From a virus (lineage: Duplodnaviria; Caudoviricetes), in IMG/VR virus record IMGVR_UViG_3300032327_000792: 64,000 bases of DNA. The stretch is one strand, 5' to 3'. The notes under the pieces were generated by a model, which saw only the letters and a list, made by a program, of their open reading frames with translations, had not been told where the DNA came from and made no database searches. Shown here in pieces: positions 9,482 to 19,556 of the stretch. Both the position numbers and the translations under genes were made by a program. Within the stretch, counting starts at the first letter, position 1. Each line of letters begins with the position of its first letter.

Positions 9482-10398
9482 AAGTAGGAATATTTTATAA
9501 CTCTATTAGCAATCCGGCTAAGTTTTCAAACAAAGTGATGTTAATGGACAACTTTCAAGCTGGAGTCATAAGTCAAGGCGATGAAGTAGTTGAATATAGA
9601 GAAAATACATTACCAGATCAGCCTCTGGATGCTGGCTTTGTATTGGGCTATACACTTGAAGATAACTTTAGAAAAAAAATTATCAACAGTTTAAAAGCTC
9701 AAAAAACTCCACAGGTGTTTGTGGACAGCAACATTTTACACTATGCAAGAAAAGAACACGAGTGGCATCGTTATAGTTTGAACAGTGTGTATCCCAACGA
9801 TGGTGCATATTTCTTTCAGGCATTAGATCGTTCTAAATGGACAACATACAGCCAATGGCATGGTGTTGAACTGCAACCTTGGAGAACTGGAGCCAACGGA
9901 CAACACATATTGATCCTGTGTCAGCGTCCCAAAGGTTGGAATATGTTTGGCAATGATCAGGATGCCTGGTTGGACAAGATGATAGACAAGATTCGCAAGA
10001 TTGAGCGTAAACGTCCAATTGTGGTTCGCATGCATCCGGGTGATGGTTCAAGATTTAAACAGATTGAAAAATTACAAAAAAGGTATGGTGCCAGTATCAA
10101 AATCTCCAACCAAGATAACATTAGAGAAGATTTGGTCAACTGTTGGTGCACTGTGGGCTACAACTCTACTCCCAATGTGATTGCTGCTATTGAAGGCGTG
10201 CCTGGATATATAGAGGATCCGCAACATAGTTGGGTTGCTGACGTGGCATTCACTGACCTTGCTCACTTACTACAGCCACCCTTGCCTGGGCGCAATGAGT
10301 GGATTCACAAAATTGCCAACATACACTGGAGCAATGAAGAAGTACGCACTGGTCAACTATGGTCGGCTATTAAGACGTATATTTCTGCTTCTCGTTGA
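9478..10398 (+). CDS. putative GT-B/capsule-polysaccharide-modification-like protein
   Basis: VVRMHP, TVGYNST...AAIEGVP; similar architecture to 11190-12023. Confidence 0.5.
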   Translation: MKVGIFYNSISNPAKFSNKVMLMDNFQAGVISQGDEVVEYRENTLPDQPLDAGFVLGYTLEDNFRKKIINSLKAQKTPQVFVDSNILHYARKEHEWHRYSLNSVYPNDGAYFFQALDRSKWTTYSQWHGVELQPWRTGANGQHILILCQRPKGWNMFGNDQDAWLDKMIDKIRKIERKRPIVVRMHPGDGSRFKQIEKLQKRYGASIKISNQDNIREDLVNCWCTVGYNSTPNVIAAIEGVPGYIEDPQHSWVADVAFTDLAHLLQPPLPGRNEWIHKIANIHWSNEEVRTGQLWSAIKTYISASR

Positions 10399-11167
10399 CA
10401 AAAACTTCTAGATCTTTTCTAGTACCTTTGGCAGTCCAGATATAACTGCTGGGTTGCATGTTCCAGTCAATGTATTCTGTTGGTAAATTTTCCCAACGAT
10501 ATTGCGGTACCAAGTCTGTCAACACGTCTTGATCAATTCCCCAATGTAAATTATCCAGTTCAATGTTGTTTTTTAATACAGCAACATACTGTTTTAAAAA
10601 TGCATAACCTTGGGTGTTGCCGGTTAGATACAAACCCCCGGCCAAAAATCTAGCCTTGCGTCCAGAGATATAGTGTATGTAAAAATCTTTGCTGTTGTCG
10701 AATTCTGGAAAACTTCTGCGCACAACAGCATCAATGTCTATGGCCAGCAATCGAGTGGTGGGTTGAATCAACTGTTGCAATCGAATAAATCTTGCAGAAG
10801 CAAAGTAGGTTCGTTGTATTCGCTGTTGTATGCTGGTATCACGGCCTTTGGTCATTGCAGTCAAAATTCTTTTGCGGCGATCTGCCATCTCTGGATCTGT
10901 AGGTACTGTTGCCCATTTCTCAGACGCTGTTTTAAACAACTCCAAAGGAACCTGCTCGTATGTGATACTGACACGTTGGATTGATCTACAATATGAAATT
11001 TGCTCTGGAGTAGGATTGTACAAGTGTAGATGTACACCAAACTGAGTATTTTTAAGCGCACTGCGGATCAATGCTGGACCGAATTCAGTGAAATAGTCGC
11101 AATCGCAGGCAACATAGATAAAGAATGATGGCTGGTCAAGGTTTCCGAGCAGTGGTGGAATAATCAT
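10370..11167 (-). CDS. nucleotide-diphospho-sugar transferase-like (GT-A)
   Basis: ASARF, LAIDIDAVV (DxD), WGIDQDVL, IWTAKG. Confidence 0.65.
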   Translation of the reverse strand: MIIPPLLGNLDQPSFFIYVACDCDYFTEFGPALIRSALKNTQFGVHLHLYNPTPEQISYCRSIQRVSITYEQVPLELFKTASEKWATVPTDPEMADRRKRILTAMTKGRDTSIQQRIQRTYFASARFIRLQQLIQPTTRLLAIDIDAVVRRSFPEFDNSKDFYIHYISGRKARFLAGGLYLTGNTQGYAFLKQYVAVLKNNIELDNLHWGIDQDVLTDLVPQYRWENLPTEYIDWNMQPSSYIWTAKGTRKDLEVFVNEKQKYTS

Positions 11168-11168
11168 A

Positions 11169-11180
11169 TTAAATATTTAA
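11169..11180. promoter_or_regulatory. palindromic bidirectional late promoter TTAAATATTTAA
   Basis: Perfect 12-bp palindrome that gives TAAATA on both strands between divergent starts 11167(-) and 11190(+). Confidence 0.6.
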
Positions 11181-11189
11181 CTATAAATT

Positions 11190-12023
11190 ATGCGTGTAAG
11201 TATTTTTGATCAGTATGGAGCTTTGAACAGTGCGCCAATCTTTGCCGCTATTCGTGCTGGTCTTGATCACATAGGTATTGAACATACCAGCATGGATAGC
11301 TCAGCCGATGTGGCTGTGATCTGGAGTCTGCTGTGGGCCGGACGAATGAAGCCCAATCAACAGATATGGGAACTGTACCGATCTACTGGGCGTCCTGTGA
11401 TTGTGGCAGAAGTAGGAATGTTGCGACGTGGCTTTACCTGGAAACTGGGCATCAACGGTACAGGGTTGACTGCTGACTATGGTCAAGAATTAATAGCCAA
11501 TCGTGCCAGTGCATTGGGACTCAGTACAAAACCTTGGAGCAACGCAGGATACAACATTGTGATTGCGTGTCAACGCAGTGACAGTGAGCAGTGGGTCGGA
11601 CAACCACCTACGGTTGCATGGTTGACAGAAACTGCACGCAAGATCAGACAATACAGTGACAAGCCCATGGTAATACGTCCGCATCCAAGACAGCGCATTG
11701 CCGACATTCCAGGTTGTGTTATTGAAAGCCCTCAACCTATTCCAGGCACCTACGACAGTTTTAATTATGATCAGTGTCTTAAAACAACATGGGCCGTGAT
11801 CAATCACAACTCAGGGCCTGGAGCTCAGGCCATTTTAAATGGTGTGCCGGCATTTGTTGGAGCCACAAGTTTGGCAGCGCCAGTGGGTAATGCAGACATT
11901 GCTGATATAGAAAATCCACTGCGTCCTGATAGAACACAATGGATTGAACAACTAGCGCACACTGAATGGACTATGCCAGAAATTGAATCTGGTATTCCAT
12001 TGTTGCGTTTATTGAAGCCCTAG
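11190..12023 (+). CDS. putative GT-B/capsule-polysaccharide-modification-like protein
   Basis: VIRPHPR, VINHNS.PG..AILNGVP, paralogous to 9478-10398. Confidence 0.5.
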   Translation: MRVSIFDQYGALNSAPIFAAIRAGLDHIGIEHTSMDSSADVAVIWSLLWAGRMKPNQQIWELYRSTGRPVIVAEVGMLRRGFTWKLGINGTGLTADYGQELIANRASALGLSTKPWSNAGYNIVIACQRSDSEQWVGQPPTVAWLTETARKIRQYSDKPMVIRPHPRQRIADIPGCVIESPQPIPGTYDSFNYDQCLKTTWAVINHNSGPGAQAILNGVPAFVGATSLAAPVGNADIADIENPLRPDRTQWIEQLAHTEWTMPEIESGIPLLRLLKP

Positions 12024-12767
12024 GTGAGACAAGCTCTTGTCGAGCCAAGACACAATCAATTCGTGTTGGCGTAGTTCCCCGTGACGCTGAACACATTCAT
12101 CCGCGGATTCGGGCAACAGTTTTCGATCAGCTAACTCATACCACGTGGTTGTTTTTGGATTCATCGGCATGTGAGAACTTTTGTACACCACTGCACTTAA
12201 CCATGGATTGTTTGACTCTTTTTTAAAAAATCCTGATCTACAATCCCACCCGGCAACCGCCAGCATATGAATCAAACTGACCATGGTGTGATGGTAATAC
12301 ACACCGTTGGGCTGATTGAACACTTGTTGTCTGGCTTGATAATTTGTTGTTTGTGGAACAACAATTGCCAACATGGCGCCATCACTGGCAATATTCCACC
12401 ATTTGCTTAGAGTTCCTATTGGATCTAGAGCATACTGGAAAGAATCATGACACCATAGCACATCAAACAATGTTTTCTGTTTGGGTATGATTGTGGTTTC
12501 AAAGTCCACGGATTGATATGTAATGTTTGAATATTTTTTTGCTATTGTCAACTGAGGGGCTAAATCGACTCCAATACAATCAATATTCAGCGGCTGAGGA
12601 GTGTCTTCTCTTGTGGTGCGAGTAGCCCACCATTCTAAATCTAAGCCAGAGCCACAACCTAGATCTACCAAGGTTCCGATACTGGCCATGAAATCGTCGT
12701 ATTCGTACAACATGTTCAACGTGTTTAAACTATGTGCGTGACTTTCTTCTGCGTTTCGAAATGTCAT
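12009..12767 (-). CDS. class I SAM-dependent methyltransferase (start MTFRN at 12767)
   Basis: LVDLGCGSG, FDVLWCHDSFQY; ATGA-coupled to uvsY. Confidence 0.85.
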   Translation of the reverse strand: MTFRNAEESHAHSLNTLNMLYEYDDFMASIGTLVDLGCGSGLDLEWWATRTTREDTPQPLNIDCIGVDLAPQLTIAKKYSNITYQSVDFETTIIPKQKTLFDVLWCHDSFQYALDPIGTLSKWWNIASDGAMLAIVVPQTTNYQARQQVFNQPNGVYYHHTMVSLIHMLAVAGWDCRSGFFKKESNNPWLSAVVYKSSHMPMNPKTTTWYELADRKLLPESADECVQRHGELRQHELIVSWLDKSLSHLGLQ

Positions 12768-13216
12768 ATTGTGATATCCTCCATTCCTGCTGTGCGTAAT
12801 CTCACAATGTGCCCCATTTGCCATTGTTTGGCATCTAACCCTTTGAGTATGCCCAGCCACTTGTTGCGTAACAGTGCTACTTCGTTGATAATGGTTTCAA
12901 AGTCAATGACTTCGTCTTCGCCGTCTACGTACTTTTCAGCATCGCGACTGGTCAGTGCTCTAGCATATGCTTCCAAATATTTTTGAAAGTGTCGACGACG
13001 AATTTTACGTAATTGTATATTGAGAAAGTTAAGCACCGCTTCAATTTCTTGTAACTGATTGAAACGATGCTCAGTGATACCCGGCAACGCAGAGATGTTT
13101 TTCTCTACCAAGCCACCTATTCTACAATCACGCTTGGCATCTCCTAACTCTCGTTCGTAGTGTTGAATAAAATCAGGAATGTTGCCCAACGATGCTACAA
13201 CTTTGCTATACCACAT
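12764..13216 (-). CDS. uvsY: UvsY-like recombination mediator protein
   Basis: Helical ~150 aa with LTSRDAEKYVDGEDEV and LKGLDAKQWQMGHIVRLR.AG.ED C-terminus typical of UvsY; near uvsX. Confidence 0.8.
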   Translation of the reverse strand: MWYSKVVASLGNIPDFIQHYERELGDAKRDCRIGGLVEKNISALPGITEHRFNQLQEIEAVLNFLNIQLRKIRRRHFQKYLEAYARALTSRDAEKYVDGEDEVIDFETIINEVALLRNKWLGILKGLDAKQWQMGHIVRLRTAGMEDITI

Positions 13217-14495
13217 AATTATCCATATATTGTTTTTCAATCTCTATAAGCCAAGGAAACAACTCTCGCCAGTTTGTGCCACGGCGTTGATCTTTTTCAT
13301 TTATGTATATTAACATTTTTTTGATTTCTTGCCAATCTCTTTGGTGATTAGCAATGCCCTTTCCTATACCTTCGATGTAGTTACAAATCACCTGATCCTC
13401 GTCAGTATCAATTGGCATGGCAGACACTATCTTTTGAAAATCTTCCTCAAACACACCAGGTCCAAAATGTTTGGGTATAAAATAAGATGGGTCTGGGGAT
13501 ATAGTTCCGCTATATAGACTTACATGACGAACCTGTCTCCACTCTTTTAATTTATGCATAAGTTCGGGCGCAGTTTTAATAGTCAGAGGACTAAAGACTT
13601 GATTCAATGCCAGTTTGATCCATTTTTGATCCAATAGATATCGAAAATTTTTCTCCCAGTGTACCAGGTCCAGTCCATATCTTACATATTCTTGTTGGGG
13701 GCCCCAACAATCAATACTGGCAAGAATTTGTAAACTTTTGAGTTTACGATTGATCAACAATTTCCTAATTTTAACAATGTACTTTTCTAACAATGCCGGC
13801 GGGATCATCAAATTAGAAACTATATTTAATTCACAATCTGCATTAGGAAACTGATCTACATAGTCTAAAATTTTGTCAAATTCTTTTTGAAAAAAAGGTT
13901 CTCCGCCTAGTATGTTCAGGCGGCGCAGATATTTAAACTCTTTTTCAAACCATTGTTGAAATGCAGGTAACAAATCTGTATAGCGAGGCTCCTCGACAAC
14001 CTCAAGAGCTGCGAATTCAATTTCCTGAATTTTAGATTGCCCAAAGCGACGATTTTCGTTGTTGATTGTACTACTCAGATCTGGAGAACAATACAAACAA
14101 CTTAGTTGACAGGTATTGTTTAAAAAAACTTCAACTACCACTGGTTTTATTTCTACAGCAGTAGAATTTTGATCTAATTCCCGAGGATACATATTTGGTA
14201 TGCTTAGATGCCACAATCGATCACTTACGCCACCAGCTGCCTCAATTTCTTTACAGTAATGGCATGTTGCTCCTTGTTTACCGCCGGGCCATTCGCCGGC
14301 TAACATTTTTTTTCTGTCTGCTATTTTTTCTGGAGTATTGTGGAAGTTATGAAAGTTTTCAGGAGTTAATTTACTTTCACTAGAGCGATAACACGACCTA
14401 GTGATACCAGAATTGAGTAGCAAGGTGCTCCAACTCCATTTGAGTTGGCAAGCGGTTTCAGTGTTAATAGGAAAGAATTTTTTTTCAGATGTCAT
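13206..14495 (-). CDS. radical SAM protein with an N-terminal twitch-like Cys region
   Basis: CQLSCLYC (CxxxCxxC), ILGGEPF, SIDCWG..QEYVRYG; N-terminal CQLKW...SCY...CHYC. Confidence 0.9.
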   Translation of the reverse strand: MTSEKKFFPINTETACQLKWSWSTLLLNSGITRSCYRSSESKLTPENFHNFHNTPEKIADRKKMLAGEWPGGKQGATCHYCKEIEAAGGVSDRLWHLSIPNMYPRELDQNSTAVEIKPVVVEVFLNNTCQLSCLYCSPDLSSTINNENRRFGQSKIQEIEFAALEVVEEPRYTDLLPAFQQWFEKEFKYLRRLNILGGEPFFQKEFDKILDYVDQFPNADCELNIVSNLMIPPALLEKYIVKIRKLLINRKLKSLQILASIDCWGPQQEYVRYGLDLVHWEKNFRYLLDQKWIKLALNQVFSPLTIKTAPELMHKLKEWRQVRHVSLYSGTISPDPSYFIPKHFGPGVFEEDFQKIVSAMPIDTDEDQVICNYIEGIGKGIANHQRDWQEIKKMLIYINEKDQRRGTNWRELFPWLIEIEKQYMDNYVV

Positions 14496-15640
14496 TGTGT
14501 TTGATTGACCCAGTCTATAAATGAGGTTGGAAATATCTGTAACGATAAATTTCTTCTTCTTGCAAATTCTTTAATGTAAGTTACAAAATTTAATTTCTGT
14601 TGCTTACTGTATCCACTGTCTAGTGCTGTTTTAATCAACGAATCGTTCCATTGATACTTAGTTAATTTTAGATTGGCAACGGAGTCTGAATCCATTACTC
14701 CAACAGCAAGATAATCAGGATCGTTACAAAACTGTACTGTGTTGTTGTCTTGTCCAAACTGATCTTCGAATTGTTGATATCCAAATAGTGTGAGATTAGT
14801 CAGAGTGACGGAAAATCTATACGGTATACCATGTTGTTTGATAATCTCCATATTTTTCAAAAAGTTCTGATAAGAATTTCCATACCGAACAAACTCATAC
14901 AAATCACCAGTGGATTCCCCGCTGATTACTAAACTTATATTGCTTTTTAATTTGTCAAGAATGGCAGAAAATCTCACTGGGTTAACTCCTAATCCTGTGA
15001 AAATTTCTATCGGACTTGAAAACTTATTTGTTAGTTCTTCTAGCCCGTTATACAAAAAAGGCTCTCCGCCGGTAATAGATATTGACCTTAGATTTTTGAG
15101 TTGCTCAGTTGAATCTAAAATGACTTTGACTACTTGACTGTTTTTAAGCTGTTTCTGCCCAAGAGCTTCAATGATACGATCTTCAATATTGATTGTGTAT
15201 CGTGCATCATTTAGATAAGATCCATTGGTCTGTATGTCTTTGTACCATGCGTTGCTATATTGTTTGCAACAATAAACACAAGTCATATTGCAGGCTGTAC
15301 TCAGTACAATGTTTAATACCTCGGGCTCGGCATAGACTGCATTGTGTGTTTGAACTTGACCATTCATGCTCGTTCGACGACTTACAGCCAACTGATCTTC
15401 TGCGGCCCAACAATTGGCTTCACATGAAGCCACACGAACTCCATTGAGCATATTTTCTCGATCTTGTACTAATTCCGGAGTATTAAATATTTTTTCTGGA
15501 TTTTGTTCAAGCCATTTTGTATTAATTGTGTAAGGACTGGCAGAACAACATGATGAAAGATTTTTACGTTCTAAATTTACAGTCAACCACCAAAATTTTT
15601 GATTACAATAAAAATCTTTAATAATCGTTTTCGTCTTCAT
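14492..15640 (-). CDS. radical SAM protein with an N-terminal twitch-like region (start about 15640)
   Basis: CNMTCVYC, ITGGEPF, YEFVRYG; N-terminal YCNQKF...SCC...CEANC. Confidence 0.9.
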   Translation of the reverse strand: MKTKTIIKDFYCNQKFWWLTVNLERKNLSSCCSASPYTINTKWLEQNPEKIFNTPELVQDRENMLNGVRVASCEANCWAAEDQLAVSRRTSMNGQVQTHNAVYAEPEVLNIVLSTACNMTCVYCCKQYSNAWYKDIQTNGSYLNDARYTINIEDRIIEALGQKQLKNSQVVKVILDSTEQLKNLRSISITGGEPFLYNGLEELTNKFSSPIEIFTGLGVNPVRFSAILDKLKSNISLVISGESTGDLYEFVRYGNSYQNFLKNMEIIKQHGIPYRFSVTLTNLTLFGYQQFEDQFGQDNNTVQFCNDPDYLAVGVMDSDSVANLKLTKYQWNDSLIKTALDSGYSKQQKLNFVTYIKEFARRRNLSLQIFPTSFIDWVNQTQ

Positions 15641-15872
15641 CATACTCGTCTTCGTAGTCTTCCTCGTCGTCCTCGTCGGCATGATCATCAAGATACTGTT
15701 TGAGTGCTTGCTTGACTTCGCTGTCGCTTTTAAACGCAGATTTGATTTCTTCGACACTGACGTCGTTGTCAATCAATACACTGACCAATGCTTCGGCAGC
15801 TTCGGCACGATCCATGCCGTTGACGTAACGTTTGATTTCTTGCCAAACTTCATTTGCTAATTCTACTGCCAT
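15618..15872 (-). CDS. small acidic hypothetical protein directly downstream of uvsX
   Basis: 84 aa with D/E-rich tail DDHADEDDEEDYEDEYDEDENDY. Confidence 0.75.
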   Translation of the reverse strand: MAVELANEVWQEIKRYVNGMDRAEAAEALVSVLIDNDVSVEEIKSAFKSDSEVKQALKQYLDDHADEDDEEDYEDEYDEDENDY

Positions 15873-15873
15873 A

Positions 15874-16938
15874 TTATGCTTCTCCTTCTAAAGTTTCTTC
15901 AGGAGTACTTACCTCAGTGTTTTGATTTTTGAAATCAGCAATAATTTTGTCCAGACAACCATCGTCGTTGGCTTCCCACTTTTTGCGGAATTGTTTGATA
16001 ATTTCGCCATCACTGGTAACAAATACTAGGCTATTGCCTTCTTTCTTGAGTAGACCTTTTTTCTCGGCCAAGTCGGTCATGCCTGAGTATGGACTCATTC
16101 CTGTGGTGTAAGGAATTTTAACTTGTACTCCTTCAAACGGTTTGGCATAACGTGTTTTCATGATCTTACAGGCTGCTCTGATGCCATTGACTTCTGAAAC
16201 TTTGTTGCCATCTTCGTCTTCTTTGAGTTTGAGTTTTTTCATAGCAACCACAATACTTGATGCATAGATAAAACCTTGACCTCCTGAAATCTTGTCATCT
16301 GGATCAAACATGTCCTGACTTGCATATGTATGGTTAGTACATACCATTCCAATATTATAACTGCCAAACATGTTGACACAGTTACGAACCAGGGCAGTAA
16401 GTGCTTTGGGTTTGCGGCCCAAGTCACCTTTCATTTCGCCTGCTTCAAACTGGTTGACATCAGTGGGAGTCAACAACATACCCAATGAGTCAATCACAAA
16501 TAATACCTTTGGACGTTCGCCATCCGGTAACGCTTTGTAATCACTCATGAATGTGGAAATCGTTTTGGCCACATCGTCGATCATGGCCATTGATAGTTTG
16601 AGCAACTTGCCTTCGCTGGTATCTACTCCCAAGGCCTGCAACCATGCTTCGTCTAGGGCATTTTCACTGTCTACCAACACAACAAAGATACCTTGCTCTT
16701 GTGCGTGTTTGACAATGTTGCCACTGCAGATGTAACTCTTGCCTGCACCAGAATCTCCCGCAAACACAGTAACCTTGCCCATTGGAATACCTTTGTTAAA
16801 GTCTCCCGAGATCAAATAGTTCAAGGCAAAATTGCCTGTTGAGATCCAGTCTGTTGGATCGTTAAATCCAATACTAAGACCGTCGATTGATTTTGTAATT
16901 TCCTTGCGGAACTTTGATACGTCAAATGGTTTTGCCAT
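15874..16938 (-). CDS. uvsX: UvsX/RecA-like recombinase (start MAKPFD at 16938)
   Basis: FAGDSGAGKS Walker A, VDSENALD, FVIDSLG, TNHTY, SGGQG...YASS. Confidence 0.95.
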   Translation of the reverse strand: MAKPFDVSKFRKEITKSIDGLSIGFNDPTDWISTGNFALNYLISGDFNKGIPMGKVTVFAGDSGAGKSYICSGNIVKHAQEQGIFVVLVDSENALDEAWLQALGVDTSEGKLLKLSMAMIDDVAKTISTFMSDYKALPDGERPKVLFVIDSLGMLLTPTDVNQFEAGEMKGDLGRKPKALTALVRNCVNMFGSYNIGMVCTNHTYASQDMFDPDDKISGGQGFIYASSIVVAMKKLKLKEDEDGNKVSEVNGIRAACKIMKTRYAKPFEGVQVKIPYTTGMSPYSGMTDLAEKKGLLKKEGNSLVFVTSDGEIIKQFRKKWEANDDGCLDKIIADFKNQNTEVSTPEETLEGEA

Positions 16939-16939
16939 G

Positions 16940-17872
16940 TTAATTTTCCTTAATAAAATTGTATAACTTTTCTGCATACTGTTGATGTTGCTTGACTCCA
17001 GGATGCAAATTGTCTGTTCCTAAATCTATAAACTTTATAGTATTTCCATTTATAATTAATCCCTGTGTTAAATCTATAAAATTGGGTAAGTCTTTTAATG
17101 CTATGCTGACCCAAGCAAAATCTAAAATATTTGCAATGTATAATTTTACTTTTATTTTTTGACAAAAATTTACAACTTGTAAAATTTCTCTCAATGAAGT
17201 TAATACTTGGGTCTCGCTTTCAAAATAATCAAGTGACCAATATTGATTTTCTTTGTCTACTGTGAAATAATCACTAATAGGTACTGGATTAAAATTCCAA
17301 TTTTTTGATATTGCAACCCTAGAAACGTTAGTTAATCCCCAAACTACTATATCTCCAGATCGTATATCGGATCTCAACAACTGATCAGCAGCCCAAAAAA
17401 TTGAGGATCCTCCTTGTGATAATGTTATCTCGGGTAAATTTAAATAGTTGGCCAGTAAACTTCCCCATCTATCATTGTAATCAACACCGTTGCCATGCGT
17501 TACAGAACACCCAGCAGTCCATAAAACTGGATTGTTATCAGTCCTTGTATTTTTTAAAAAATTAAAATCTTTTTTCCAAGTAAAAAAATTAATCTTACCA
17601 GGGTGTCTTGCAAGTTCGTTAAACAGTCTCCCATATGAAAAACAATTATCATTTGTAATATTAATATCCTCAGTGAGGTTAACCACTACAATTTCACTAG
17701 CATTGCTACATGCCACACTGATGTTTTCACAAGATAGATCTTCTACCGATGTGTGACAATTTACATCGGTGCTGCTAGCAACAATTTTATCTATGTTATG
17801 TCTGTCAAGCAGTATAGAATCGTTACCATTCCAGTCATAATTAACGGTTGAAATATATAATTTATTAATCAT
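16940..17872 (-). CDS. SGNH/GDSL-like hypothetical protein
   Basis: AGCSVTHG (block I-like), GGSS, C-terminal DNLHPG (DxxH); visibly AT-rich. Confidence 0.55.
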   Translation of the reverse strand: MINKLYISTVNYDWNGNDSILLDRHNIDKIVASSTDVNCHTSVEDLSCENISVACSNASEIVVVNLTEDINITNDNCFSYGRLFNELARHPGKINFFTWKKDFNFLKNTRTDNNPVLWTAGCSVTHGNGVDYNDRWGSLLANYLNLPEITLSQGGSSIFWAADQLLRSDIRSGDIVVWGLTNVSRVAISKNWNFNPVPISDYFTVDKENQYWSLDYFESETQVLTSLREILQVVNFCQKIKVKLYIANILDFAWVSIALKDLPNFIDLTQGLIINGNTIKFIDLGTDNLHPGVKQHQQYAEKLYNFIKEN

Positions 17873-19014
17873 TTTAATTTGTATAACTCTGTAAAAATCT
17901 TGCTGCTGTCTATTCCACGTCGTTGATCCATTGCGGCTAACTGTTCAAAAGATCCAGCTAAATCTTTTTCAAACGGTTGCTCTATATAACTCAACATATT
18001 TTTGTAGCTGTCCTCGAGCAAATAACCCGGTTGGTCAGTGATTCTTTGTTGTATTTGATACTTTATTGATTGTAACACATGTTCTGGCAAATGTCTAATA
18101 TTTAGGTATTCTGGAGTCAATAATGCACCAATGATAAAACTGTTGTTATGAAACCCTAAATTTTTCAAATAATCCACACAGTCAAACACGGAACGATGAT
18201 TTAACAGGAACCAAAGCATGTTAAAACTAATTTTATGGTTTAGTTGTTTTATCTTTTGCAAATTTTCTAAAAAATCCACCCAACGGCCGCCATATCTGAT
18301 GTATTCAAATGCATCGGTAACAGTTTCCACACTGACGGTCCAATGTACATTGGGAAATTCACAAATTCGATCAAATACCTGTGTGTCTGTTTTACTCAAA
18401 TTGGTGTTGATACGTAGGTTTACATTAGGATTGGTTTTTTGCAACAGTTCCAATAGTTCTAAATTTTCTTTCATCAACAACGGTTCGCCGCCGGCCATGT
18501 ACACATGTTTGAGTGTGGATGCATGATCAAAGATATATTGTTTAAAACTTTCCAGTTGATCAAGGCCAGGGCGCACTATTTCTTCGTTTAATTCGTCGGC
18601 CCAGCGACTGCTAAATTCGGGGCTACAGTACACACAAGAGAAATTGCACAAATTAGTCCACCGCACATCAATGGTATGCAAGTCATGTTGATTGGGTTGG
18701 TACGTATCCAATGGTATTTTTTTAAGTTCTTTTATGTAAAAAATTCTGTCACTGATAATATCAAACCCAGTTTTATTGCCTTCAAGATCATAACAAGTGT
18801 GGCAGTTTTTTCCAGGTTGATTGGTCAGCATGCGTTGTTGAGTATCAAGATTGGTGGTGCCGTGTAGAATTTCTTTGATAGTGTTATCTTTGAGATTACC
18901 TATTGTTCCTGAACTACGAATACAATTTTTTACTTTGCCGTCAACATTGTACATCAGTCCAGTCCATGGCATGGGGCAAAAATTACGATTGGTCAATACG
19001 TCTTTTGGAGTCAT
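17869..19014 (-). CDS. N-terminal twitch-domain radical SAM protein
   Basis: FCPMPW...DGKVKNC...CHTC, then CNFSCVYC, MAGGEPL, EYIRYG. Confidence 0.9.
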   Translation of the reverse strand: MTPKDVLTNRNFCPMPWTGLMYNVDGKVKNCIRSSGTIGNLKDNTIKEILHGTTNLDTQQRMLTNQPGKNCHTCYDLEGNKTGFDIISDRIFYIKELKKIPLDTYQPNQHDLHTIDVRWTNLCNFSCVYCSPEFSSRWADELNEEIVRPGLDQLESFKQYIFDHASTLKHVYMAGGEPLLMKENLELLELLQKTNPNVNLRINTNLSKTDTQVFDRICEFPNVHWTVSVETVTDAFEYIRYGGRWVDFLENLQKIKQLNHKISFNMLWFLLNHRSVFDCVDYLKNLGFHNNSFIIGALLTPEYLNIRHLPEHVLQSIKYQIQQRITDQPGYLLEDSYKNMLSYIEQPFEKDLAGSFEQLAAMDQRRGIDSSKIFTELYKLK

Positions 19015-19016
19015 TG

Positions 19017-19556
19017 TTACAACGGTCCCAGTGATATATCTGGAATTGTTAGCCCATTATTGTTGGCAAGATCCAGCAAGTTTACCAATGTTTTTGCCCA
19101 GTTATTGACATCAGCTGCTGGTGGAACAGTTTTGTCTAAACTGGTAGCTATGTTACCAGGACGAACTATGGTAATTTTTACACCAAGTCGACGGTTTCGT
19201 ATTTGTCTTACCGATTCCTCAAGTGTTACTTTTTGTATTCTATATTGATCCATGTCTAACCCCGGTAGCGTTGATACTGGATCTTGAGTCATCATAGTGC
19301 TGATCACAATGATATGTTTTTTTGTTCCTTGCCAACGTTGAGCCATTTCAAACAACAACTCAGTTTGTGCATATCCAGCTTGTGCATTGTTAACAAAAAT
19401 ATCGCATGGCTCAATTTGATCACAAATCTTGGGTGTATTCCTAATATTATTGCCTTCGCGTTTACTCAAACCAATGATCTCATAACCGTTGAGAGAGTAT
19501 TCTTGTGCAAGAGCTTGTCCTATACCCGCAGTATGTCCAGTGATTGCTATTTTCAC
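19017..19556 (-). CDS. short-chain dehydrogenase/reductase
   Basis: ITGHTAGIG Rossmann motif, FVNNA, YRIQK (YxxxK). Confidence 0.85.
   Translation of the reverse strand: MKIAITGHTAGIGQALAQEYSLNGYEIIGLSKREGNNIRNTPKICDQIEPCDIFVNNAQAGYAQTELLFEMAQRWQGTKKHIIVISTMMTQDPVSTLPGLDMDQYRIQKVTLEESVRQIRNRRLGVKITIVRPGNIATSLDKTVPPAADVNNWAKTLVNLLDLANNNGLTIPDISLGPL

Noticed and set aside
2055-15772. N-terminal extensions given by the ORF track (3257, 5530, 5124, 7975, 12860, 13240, 15772)
   Set aside because: They overlap neighbouring genes or promoters; downstream starts with an RBS, coupling or promoter spacing fit better
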